Virus record (IMG/VR): IMGVR_UViG_3300024999_000057
Location: 38,670 to 102,669 of that record
Reading direction: 5' to 3' (one strand)
DNA: 64,000 nucleotides
Source: a virus
Both the position numbers and the translations under genes were made by a program. Shown piece after piece: positions 55,403 through 64,000 of the stretch; positions within the stretch are counted from its first letter, which is position 1, and every line of letters starts with the position of its first letter. The notes beneath the pieces are model-generated. The model saw nothing but the letters and a program-made list of their open reading frames with translations, was not told where the DNA came from and made no database searches.

Positions 55403-58066
55403 CTAACTTATATTCCCATCTCGATAAAGTATTCTGGAGGAGCACGCAGGGCACTCAATGGTGGGCACCCAGTCATCTCCATCCCAAGCAGCAACTCCTG
55501 ACTTGACGCTGCCGTCTTCTTCGTCCCAGATATCTGGCTCAGGTATCCTGTCTCGGTCTAGAACTATGCCGCAATTACCGCAGGAAGTTAGGTTCACTTT
55601 TGGGCCTCCTTCTGTTGATTCTCCCACCAATCATCAAAGCCCTGCTCCGTGTTGCTTCCAGGCTGGTTGTACCACCAGCGGAAGAAGTCGCAGGCGATTT
55701 GTTTGTGGATCAATTTGTCGGCGCCGACAAATTGATCGGGGTTGGTTATGGCTTGGCGGCTGAGCCTAGCCCAAGCAGAGCCCTCACAGCCCACCTCGAA
55801 GTCATCGGCACAAAGTGCTGCAGCCCGCTCCAGCCCTCTTGCCTCGCCTATAGCAAGGGCGGCGTTGAAAGCTTTCAGTGTCTCGGGGTGCCTCTCCACA
55901 TACTTACTGGCCCCCAATTCCGACATCTCAGCGTGGACAGCAAACCACTGGTTAAAGTCCATTTTTTATTTCTCCCTCCCACATTTCAGGCATTCGTATT
56001 CAGGTTCTCTCAGATCAACTCCTTCCCGAATAACGGCAAACGAGATCAGAGAAGCGGCTAATTGAGTGAAGAATCCGGTCTTGGGTAATTTTCTGTGAAG
56101 CGTGCCGGTTCTACAGTTAGGGCAGTAGTGGGTCATTTGGTGACCCTCTCCGCAGCGAGTACCGCATGAATCCTTCGCGCTAACTCGATGTTCAAGTTGT
56201 CTCCGTCACAGTCTATTTTGAGACAAAACTGCTTGGATTCTTCAAGAAGCTCTTGCAGCACCTTCTCGCGCTGCTCGGCGGCTTCGGCGCGGGTTTTGAA
56301 CCTTTCATAGCTGCCTAGGATACTATTCTTAGCCATCTCGGAAGCTAAAAGCTCCTCCCTTGCTTGCTTGAGGTCAGCTTCTACCTCAACCACCGCCTGC
56401 TCATACCTCGCCAATAATAAACAGAGGTTGCTCCTGTTTTCATCCAGTAGTGCAGGCATGATAGCGAGGGTTATGTTCTGGCGCTCTTCGGCGGTCAAGG
56501 CATCCGTTCGAGTAACGTCGAACATCGTGATCGCTTTTCTGGCTGAAGCGAGTTTGGACTCGGCGGCTTCTGCGCGGCACTCTGGACAGCCCTTTTCCTC
56601 ATTTATATTTTGATACCCATGATGCCCACACCAGCCAACTTTGTAGGCGACCCCAGAGTAGCAAGTCTCGTCAATGATGAATCCCTGAGCCTTCATTTCC
56701 TCTTCCTCTGTTTTCATTTTATAAACCCTCCTTGCGACAGATTAAGTCGCTACTTAATTCCCCTAGTCAAAACTCCGTGAACAAATCCTTTAAAATAGTC
56801 GCCTGAGATCCCATTATGGGGCGATGACATCTCCTTGAATTTGAACAAAATTTCTTCCAAGGTCAGCCCAGCCATCTCCTCTGGGCTTACCTCTTTCTCC
56901 ACTCCAGTAGCAGATTTAGGTTCTTCTGGTAGCAGATCCGTTGCAGTCACAGGTTCTCCCAAATCCTTTACTCCGATGACTCCCATCTCCTGCATTTTGG
57001 TCTGAATCACCTCCAGGAATTCCATTGTGGCACTTTCGATAACAAATCTAGGGAACAACGACTGGAAGATCCGCCAATGAGCAGAGCGAGCGCCTCCTCG
57101 CTCCTTGAAGGGGTCTTTGCCTTTCTTGTAGGCCACGAGTACACCCTTCGAATAAATGTCCTCTGTAGACCCATTCAGGGCTTCAGAATCGGCTAATGAG
57201 AAGATGTAATGGTTGCCTAGAGGATCTCTAACTTTAGCCAGGATCAATTCACTGATTGGCTTCGCTTCCAAGTCGTACTCCTTCGGGTGGCCGATGTGGT
57301 AACTCCCACAGATTTCACATTTGTAGGGCTCGATCTTCTCCCCAGATTTTGTTGAGGATTGCTCTGCTTTCTTCTGGGCGGTTGAAAGCAGAGCGTATTT
57401 AATTTTGGGCTTACACATTCGGAGTGCACGTTCTTGGAGTTCGGTCATTTTAGGGCCTCCTTTATAGGCTGTGCAGCGGGATCACTAGCATGAACAGAAG
57501 AATCGCGAAGGGAATCCCGAACAGGCCATATTCGCTGTACCCGGAAAACGGGTAGTACTCGGGATTAGGAGGCGACCATTCCTTCTTCGGCTCCTCTTCG
57601 ATGCTGTGGTAGATGGCATTGGCTTTTTCGGTCAGCTTAGGGTTGGGCATTTTAGGGTCTCCTTTAGTATCGGATTTTGAAGTCGCAGTTAGGGCACTCG
57701 TAAAAACCTGCGTTCTCGTTATAAACCAGCAGCGTTTTGCAGTGCTGGCAACGGGGCGGCTTGAATGGCTCGAACATTTTATTCCTCCTATTTGTCGGTA
57801 GTAGGGCCTGTAAGAAGGGCCGCCATAATCCTGTAGGTACCAGTGAGATCCAGGTAGACCATCCCAGCAGCCATAGCTTCGTAAGGGTTGTCCCTCTCCA
57901 ACATTTCAGCCATCCCATTCACGCACTCCCAAGACTCAGGACTATCGCAGCCCATCTCCCGGCAATGCTCGTAGGCTACTTGTCTGCGCACCATAGGGAC
58001 AGGTCTGCCTATATTTGCAAACGAATCAAGGGGCTGGGTTCTCTTCTGGTTCATGAATTCGGCCAT
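55403..58066 (-). CDS. cluster of accessory genes (55403-55630, 55594-55962, 56133-56717, 56750-57448 with YKCEICGSYHIGH Zn finger, 57462-57650, 57788-58066)
   Basis: Tandem ORFs with GGAG/GGAGG RBSs. Confidence 0.6.
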
Positions 58067-58098
58067 TTTTTGGGCCTCCTTTTCTTAGATTAACGTGG

Positions 58099-58127
58099 AT
58101 TTTAATTCACTTCTGAATTTTTGTCAA
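58099..58127 (-). promoter_or_regulatory. sigma70 promoter TTGACA-17-TAAAAT with a perfect operator in the spacer
   Basis: -35 at 58122-58127, -10 at 58099-58104, palindrome at 58105-58118. Confidence 0.88.
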
Positions 58128-58128
58128 G

Positions 58129-58302
58129 CTAAAAATCCCAGTTCCTCCCAGCATCTTCGTTCAGAACGAAGAGGATTTCCAGCTCCTCCCCACACTCCGG
58201 GCAGTCCTGATCCGCCGAAATGAAGGAGCAATCTGAGGCAAGGACCAGGTTTTTATTAATGGAGTACCAAGAAATCTCGTTGCCGCAGTTAGAGCACTTC
58301 AT
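58129..58302 (-). CDS. small zinc-ribbon protein (not in ORF track)
   Basis: MKCSNCG...CPECG, 57 aa. Confidence 0.55.
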   Translation of the reverse strand: MKCSNCGNEISWYSINKNLVLASDCSFISADQDCPECGEELEILFVLNEDAGRNWDF

Positions 58303-58379
58303 ACAACCCCCTGTTTTGTTTAGGTTCTAGTGTGAGAATTCACATTTCAGAACATTAAAGAATTATAATAAAAAAAGAC

Positions 58380-58475
58380 TTGACAAACTATTAGAAACCG
58401 TGGTATTTTATAAACCGGCGCTAGCCGATGAAGTTATAGGTTTATACCCCTAGTAACTGGGTAGGGATTAGCGAG
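58380..58475 (+). repeat. antisense promoter plus conserved 36-nt element, copy 1
   Basis: TTGACA..TGGTATTTT then GTTTATACCCCTAGTAACTGGGTAGGGATTAGCGAG (58440-58475). Confidence 0.75.
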
Positions 58476-58514
58476 CCTTTTACCAGAATAGTACTTGACT
58501 AATTCGATAAAGAA

Positions 58515-59353
58515 TTAATCCCTCGCTACCGAGTAGCAAACCGATTCCCAGTTGAAGGTTAATTCGAGTTCCATCGCTCCATTCTCCCAGGTCCAGAACT
58601 TGAGTTGGAATCCTCCGATTCCTAGCCGGTTGTACACCAGATGATTTGGAGCCTGGAGGATCTCCTTCAGCCTGGAGAACATCGAGCAGCAAGAGGAGCG
58701 CATCGCGCCGGTCGTAGGAACCTGAGATTCTCCGTTGGGTCCCTGATTCACCCAGGTCCACCTAGTAATCAGCATTAGGGCTCTCACCTTTTCGAAGTCG
58801 AATTTTTCCATGATTTCGGTGAAGGTATTTTCTATGTTTTGGATTTGAGTTGCGTTCATTATTTTAATCGGTTATCGTCCAGGAACCGCAGGAAGCGGTA
58901 TCCAATGTGTAGGTGTCTCGTCGTAGAAAACGCTACCGTGGACCTCGAAGCACTGATCCGGGATGTTCCAGATCATCACGAAAGGCCTCTTCAGGTGAGG
59001 ATCATAGCCGAGGATGTGGCAGTCCTTCGGAGCCGTCTCGATTGGTTGCCAGTTCATTTTTATGCCTCCTCAGCTTTTTTGATAGCCTGCTCGGCGATAA
59101 CCAGCAGGTCCGAAATATCGTTGGTGCTCATCGGGCCGAAAGCCTCCATCCCCAAAAGCCTGGCGTGAAGATCCTTCAGAGCATCCAAGAGAGCAGGAGC
59201 CTGGGAGATTAGGAGGGCGTTGGCCTCGGTTTCTCCAAGGACAAGGTAGGACAAGTTGCGCACCACCGCCACTCCCCGCCCTGCTCCCCATATCGTAGCG
59301 TATTGATTTCCATGCCCTGTTATCTCCCAAGGCCTCTTCGTGTGCTTGCTCAT
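58515..59353 (-). CDS. three accessory genes (58515-58859, 58872-59057 DUF551-like, 59060-59353)
   Basis: WQPIETAPKD...PTHWIPLP; MSKHTKRPW...ANALLISQAPALL phage families. Confidence 0.65.
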
Positions 59354-59396
59354 TTCCTACCTCCAATTATTAGAGAAAAATAATTTAATTTGCCAC

Positions 59397-59490
59397 TTGA
59401 CAAATCCCAAAAGTGTGGTACACTTAAAATCGCCGAAGGCAAAAGAAGATTATAGTTTATACCCCTAGTAGTTGAGTAGGGTTTAGCGAG
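59397..59490 (+). repeat. antisense promoter plus conserved 36-nt element, copy 2
   Basis: TTGACA..TGGTACACT then GTTTATACCCCTAGTAGTTGAGTAGGGTTTAGCGAG (59455-59490), 32/36 identical to copy 1. Confidence 0.75.
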
Positions 59491-59543
59491 GATTTGCTCT
59501 CTACTAAACCCTACTGATTTGGTGTACAATTATTTCCCTGGAT

Positions 59544-60690
59544 TTATCCCGTCACATTTAGGCCGATGAAATCCGGCCTGGATAACTCCTTCAACTTGTC
59601 AGCCACTTCCTTCGTCCCGAACTCATGGGTCCAGACGGGCCGACCGAAAAGCTCCTCGGCGTAAGCGTGCATGGCTGCGAAGCTACCGAGTAGGAATCCG
59701 GTGTAGGCTGAAACGATTGCTGCTTCTCTTTTGGTCATCTTTCAAATCTCCTTTTCCGCATTCTCTGTGGATACATCCAGAAAAGTGAATACACCTTTAG
59801 GTAAATTTTTCATTTTTAGGTCTCCTAGTTGAGCAGGCAAGCCTGCAAGAGTTCAACCAAAATTCTGAGTTGTTCGGGATCGAGGTTCATTCGGAGACCT
59901 CCTTCGGCGGATCAGGAAGGGGCATCCAGTGAGTGACCTCGTTGGTGATGCACCAACCTTCGGAGTCGGTGATGGTCCACGCTGATTCGCAGCCAGGCCA
60001 CACTTCGCAGTATGCCACGCAGATGCTTCCCGACTTTCTGTAGACAAGCACAGGGTAGCTTCGTAATGGCCCATCCCATTCCTGACGTAGTTCAGGCGGT
60101 TCATTAACGGGTTTCCAGTTTGTCTGACTCATTTTATTACTCCTTTCGTGCGTAAACCTCGCCGTCGATCACGACTTGATAGTTTTCGAGCCAGTCAGCC
60201 TCAGCCAGCCCTATCATGGAGGACTTGATTTGCGAGATGCTCGCAATGTGAAACTCCCCTTTGAATGGGAACTGGTTGTACTTACCGGGATCTCCGAGTA
60301 TTTCTACGTAAGCATAATGGTCGGTCATCTCGTCCTCTCCTTTTACCTGAATTTCGAGCGCTACACCACTTTAAATGGCACTTATAGCACAAGTGAATGG
60401 GAATGTATACGTGAATTTTAGTTTGGCCTTTGTAGGGCATCCTCGTTCGTTTCTTCCTCCCAAATCCTCTGCAGGTCGTCATCCTTGTGCCTGATGTACT
60501 CGACACCATGTGTGTTCAAGAGGAGGTTCAAATTATTCATGAGTGCCCTAACGTGTGCTTCCCGGCCTCCTGAGTTGTCGCGGAACCACTCCAGTTCCTT
60601 CCTGATCTGCTTCGCCAGCACATCCGGATCACCTACCTTATTGAGCCAGGTCAGCCGGGTTTTGATCGTTTTGATTGATGGGATGTTCAT
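59544..60690 (-). CDS. small accessory genes (59544-59738, 59887-60132 DUF551-like, 60137-60328, 60418-60690)
   Basis: ORFs with RBSs; VTHWMPLPDPP. Confidence 0.6.
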
Positions 60691-60722
60691 TTTATTTCTC
60701 CTTCAAAAATGTGAGATTTCAC

Positions 60723-61355
60723 TTAAACCCGCTCGCCGTTTTCGTAGAACTCGTACTCGTTGGCCCTGATTGCATCGTCAAGCTGCTCGTCGGAGTTCAG
60801 GTAGTCGTTCTCGGTGCTGAGTTGTTTATAAATCCAGTCCATGAAATCCCGGAGGCAAGATGCCACCTCCTCTTCAGCGGACTCAGACACGTCTTTGTAA
60901 TCGAGGCGGCTTACCTCGATGGTCGTGCTGCGTGAATGGCTGTAGTGGCCTGTGTGTTTCACCGTAGCGTGAAGTTGGTAAAAGTTAGCCTTCTGGACTT
61001 CCTGCAGTCGGGCCACGATCCGATGTAGATTCTCGTCCACAGGAGCGTAGGCTTTCAGCTCCTTCAACGCTCCTTTCTTGTAGTTGTAGTAGCCTTCGAA
61101 GCAAGCGCCATCTCCCTGCGAGTAGAATCCGGACCACCAGATGTTAGGCTCCTGCCTGGTGCCTCCTCCGTAGAGTTGCACGGAGTGGGTGGAAAACTCG
61201 ATGCCGAGGATCTCCCCTACACGAACCGCGTCTTCGATTACGTAGTCATAATCGTTCTGGTCGATTAGTTCCCTCCACCAATCCCGTGCCTTCTCCTTTG
61301 CTGATTCGGAAAGCTCGTCGAACTGGTAGGCCAATTTTGTTATTTCTCTGGGCAT
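60723..61355 (-). CDS. conserved mobile-element protein (family often labelled antitoxin of TA stability system)
   Basis: YQFDELSESAKEKARDWW, SGFYSQGDGACFEG, ANEYEFYENG. Confidence 0.65.
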   Translation of the reverse strand: MPREITKLAYQFDELSESAKEKARDWWRELIDQNDYDYVIEDAVRVGEILGIEFSTHSVQLYGGGTRQEPNIWWSGFYSQGDGACFEGYYNYKKGALKELKAYAPVDENLHRIVARLQEVQKANFYQLHATVKHTGHYSHSRSTTIEVSRLDYKDVSESAEEEVASCLRDFMDWIYKQLSTENDYLNSDEQLDDAIRANEYEFYENGERV

Positions 61356-61394
61356 TTCGTGCCTCCCTTAAAATGTGAATATTCACTTCTGAAT

Positions 61395-62433
61395 TCATAC
61401 CTTCCAAACTTGGATGGTAAATTGCTTGTCCTCCGGGAACCTCTGCTTCATTTTTTGAACTGCCTCTTCCTCTGAAGCAGCGTCGATGTAGTAGCCTTGT
61501 CTTGCTGAGGGATCTTTGTGTCCGGGGCATCCGGGATCGTAGCAATCGGGACGTGTTAGGCGGAATTGAGTCATTTTATTTCCTCCTTTTAAATGTCGAG
61601 AAATCCAGGGCCATTCCCTTCTTCGTCCTGGAGTATCCATGCGGTGGTGCCGTCGTCGAACACGAGGGCGTAGAAAACATCCCCTCCAAAGTCATCAGCT
61701 CCGTCGTCCTTAACAATCCGGACAACCCGCTTGCCCATGAGTTGACCGTAGTGTCTCATGTAAGGGTCCGAGGCCAACAAAGCAGCCTCCATCGGGTCTC
61801 CTACTTCAGGGAAGGATTGATTAACGCGGCCAATAAATTCCTTCATTGCCTCGGCCTCTTCATCGGTGAAAATCCGCTCGCCGGTCTTGATGTCCACTAC
61901 ATCGAACGGATCGTCCTCGAAGTGGTACATCTTGCCCAAGTCCTGCAACTCTTCGCAGAAGCTGTAGAAGGTCTTTTTGATGAGCGGGTTGCAGCGGTTG
62001 ATTGCTTCGATTACTTTGGACATTTTATTTCCTCCTTAAATGTGAGATTTCACTTTTTGGTTCGCTCAGTCAATTCATCGACCACCAGAATATTTGCGAA
62101 GTAATCCCCTTCATTCCCTGCGGATGAATACTTTTCCTCCACGAAATCGTCCTCTTCAAATCCCTGCTCCAGAGCGTCCCTCCTGAGTTCCTCGATGTAC
62201 TCCGGATCTGCGAAGTAGCCTTTGTAGCCCTTGTCTTTGCAGTAGTCGGCTATGGCGTCATGACAGGCGCTGAGATCTGAGCTCCCGTGAATCAGGAATC
62301 CAGCCGAGACATAGCAGCCGGTATCAAGCCAGATGATGTAGGTATTGGGCCAGAAATGCTTGTCCTCGGGATTTACGTAGTCGATGGCTCTACGGTAGTC
62401 TTTTAATCTGGTGGCGAAGTCTTTGCGGTTCAT
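61395..62433 (-). CDS. three accessory genes (61395-61574, 61589-62023, 62050-62433)
   Basis: Each has a strong RBS and junction motifs. Confidence 0.6.
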
Positions 62434-62775
62434 AATGCCTCCCCTTAAAAAATGTGAAATCTCACTTTTCCTACCTAAACATCCAGCTACACAAAACCAA
62501 CCCGCTAATCACAACCATCAAAACCAGGATCTGTCCAATGATAGTTTCTTCGTCTCTTTTGGCTGCGAGTTCGGCACGTTGTTTTAAAACGGTGTGAGAA
62601 ACGTAGTTCACGAAACCACCTCCACTCTCTCGCTACGAAGATCGACCCAAGCCAATCCATCGTTAAACTGCACCAAAACCATATCCGCCAATTCTTCAAG
62701 GCAGGTTCCACATCCGGTTCCTGCGACGAAAACTTGTTTATTTTTCATTTTTAGTTCTCCTTTAAATGTGAGAAT

Positions 62776-63456
62776 TCACTTTCTTCCCATTACCATCTTC
62801 ACGGCTTCATCCGCCAGTTTCCCGAAGTCAATCTCAGGAGCATACGCCGCCGCATACGCCGCCGCCCTCGCCGCATACGCCGCCCTCGCCGCATACGCCG
62901 CATACGCCGCATACGCCGCCGCCCTCGCCGCATACGCCGCCGCCCTCGCCGCATACGCCGCCGCATACGCCGCCGCCCTCGCCGCATACGCCGCCCTCGC
63001 CGCATACGCCACCGAAGGATTCTTCAGATACTCCTTCGCAGCTTCGACAGCTTTCCGAGGCCTGTCGTCTCCAGGCATGACATCCTCGAAGTGGTGCAAA
63101 ACCACCTCAGCACATAGGATAGCGAAGGCGACCCGAACCAGCTGTTCCTTCTCCGATCCTACCCACTTAGGCAACTTCAACTCCTTCACGACTTCCTGGG
63201 TCAAGCTACCTACTTTCCCGAAGTCGTGACAAACTACGGCGCCTTTAATCTCCCAAAGTTTTGGGTTGCTAATATCCGCATGAATCGGGTTAAGGAGGAA
63301 CACCAGGTTCTTGTTCCTGTACGCATGGAGCACGTCGGAGGAACAGAGTCGCGGATTATCCTTTTTAGGCTTGGTGTGGATCTTTTCGACTTCGCCGTAG
63401 GGGTAGCCGTTGTAGGTGGTTCCGTCTTGATTAGTGAGTTTGAATAATTTCTGCAT
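62776..63456 (-). CDS. Imm5-like domain protein with Ala/Tyr/Arg low-complexity repeat
   Basis: LCSSDVLHAY, CAEVVLHHFE...DDRPRKAVEAAK, AAYAAR repeats. Confidence 0.65.
   Translation of the reverse strand: MQKLFKLTNQDGTTYNGYPYGEVEKIHTKPKKDNPRLCSSDVLHAYRNKNLVFLLNPIHADISNPKLWEIKGAVVCHDFGKVGSLTQEVVKELKLPKWVGSEKEQLVRVAFAILCAEVVLHHFEDVMPGDDRPRKAVEAAKEYLKNPSVAYAARAAYAARAAAYAAAYAARAAAYAARAAAYAAYAAYAARAAYAARAAAYAAAYAPEIDFGKLADEAVKMVMGRK
62840..63010. repeat. coding tandem repeat (GCCGCATAC / GCCGCCCTC units)
   Basis: Directly visible 9-12 nt units. Confidence 0.95.
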
Positions 63457-63664
63457 TTTGATCTCCTTTAGGTTAAAATGTGAGAATTCACTTTTGCCTT
63501 CAAATCCACTTCTGAATTTATCAGGGCATGAAAATAGCCACGGTGTAGTGATAGCCGTAGTTCATGTACCAATCCCAGGTCGTTTTGATTCGTTTGGTTT
63601 TGCCTGATTTTAGTTTGACTTCGCAGATGATGGACATTTTTAGTCCTCCCTAAAATGTGAGATT

Positions 63665-64000
63665 TCATATTTCCTGACTAGGCACCCACTCGTAAATAAC
63701 TTCAGCTTTTTCCCCGGCGTGAAGCCTCCAAGTCTTGCCGTCGAAACTTGGTACCACTCCCATCTCCCACAATTTCTGGCAAGGCTCCCAAGGGTTAGGT
63801 CCTAAGTTTTCCACGTATTTCCATTCGGTTATTTCAGGAAAGAACGAGGCAGTATAGGCCCACACCGAGTCCCGCACCGAGTCCCGCACCGAGGCCCCCA
63901 CCGAGTCCCACACCGAGTCCCACACCGAGTCCCACACCGAGTTCCGCACCGAGTCCCACACCGAGTCCCCCACCGAGGCCCACTTTTGGAGTAATTCAAT
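63665..64000 (-). CDS. SVWD/SVRD-repeat protein (partial, 5' end outside the window)
   Basis: Frame open to the window edge; LWEMGVVPSFDGKTWRLHAG C-terminus. Confidence 0.7.
   Translation of the reverse strand: MELLQKWASVGDSVWDSVRNSVWDSVWDSVWDSVGASVRDSVRDSVWAYTASFFPEITEWKYVENLGPNPWEPCQKLWEMGVVPSFDGKTWRLHAGEKAEVIYEWVPSQEI
63859..63983. repeat. 12-nt coding tandem repeat (CCCACACCGAGT)
   Basis: About 10 near-identical units. Confidence 0.95.

Larger units (their letters stand above)
587..63517. promoter_or_regulatory. dispersed operator-like palindrome ATTCA-N4-TGAAT (motif 1)
   Basis: Perfect-arm copies start at 587, 5335, 6659, 13558, 23213, 25756, 25861, 30459, 34050, 34561, 34889, 39478, 39761, 42657, 44654, 48241, 51124, 53089, 53883, 58105, 61381; one-mismatch copies at 25708, 25726, 51582, 51600, 54112, 54159, 63504. 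Confidence 0.92.
58331..63668. promoter_or_regulatory. second palindrome TGTGA-N4-TCAC (motif 2) at accessory-gene junctions
   Basis: GTGA starts at 58332, 60711, 61375, 62042, 62454, 62768, 63480, 63657. Confidence 0.88.

Noticed and set aside
62799-63005. Arg-rich protamine-like ORF MRRGRR...
   Set aside because: It is an alternative frame of the Ala-rich repeat inside 62776-63456 and has no RBS.
60707-63668. CRP/FNR binding sites
   Set aside because: CRP needs TGTGA-N6-TCACA; these have a 4-bp spacer and lack the FNR TTGAT arms.
1-64000. Diversity-generating retroelement, retron or stop-codon recoding
   Set aside because: No reverse transcriptase motifs or TR/VR pair were seen, and conserved genes are full length under the standard code.

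Overview
This is a 64-kb segment of a large tailed dsDNA phage, probably infecting an anaerobic Gram-negative host. That host call is an inference from the class III ribonucleotide reductase being the only RNR seen, lipoprotein genes, a lytic transglycosylase and sigma70-type promoters. Positions 1-7.4 kb (+ strand) hold the end of the tail/receptor-binding module and a lysis cassette (TIGR02594-type endolysin, lipoproteins, class-3 lipase, holin-like gene). From 7.4 to 64 kb all genes lie on the - strand. They cover nucleotide metabolism (nrdDG, dut, thyX), T5-like replication and recombination (family A polymerase with a UDG-like N-domain, DnaB helicase, primase, SF1/SF2 helicases, SbcCD-like pair, flap endonuclease, DNA ligase, RusA, SSB), RNA repair (intein-containing RtcB, DRB0094-type RNA ligase), a Dam-like methylase, a serine recombinase, two MarR-like regulators, one RHH regulator and many small accessory ORFs. 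The most notable unexplained structure is non-coding. (1) A 14-bp palindrome ATTCA-N4-TGAAT occurs in at least 21 perfect copies, inside promoters and just 5' of Shine-Dalgarno sequences. (2) A related everted palindrome GTGA-N4-TCAC marks gene junctions at 60.7-63.7 kb. (3) Longer repeats built on these sites flank genes as precise cassettes, including an apparently empty promoter-terminator slot. (4) A duplicated antisense-promoter/36-nt element sits at 58.4 and 59.4 kb. (5) A ~300-nt highly structured intergenic RNA candidate lies at 21 kb. Several apparent pseudoenzymes also occur: a dead DNA-ligase paralog coupled to SbcC, a dead DnaC-like ATPase, a dead prohead-protease-like protein and an H-to-R HNH nuclease. 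All calls come from reading the sequence and motifs by eye; no searches were run.
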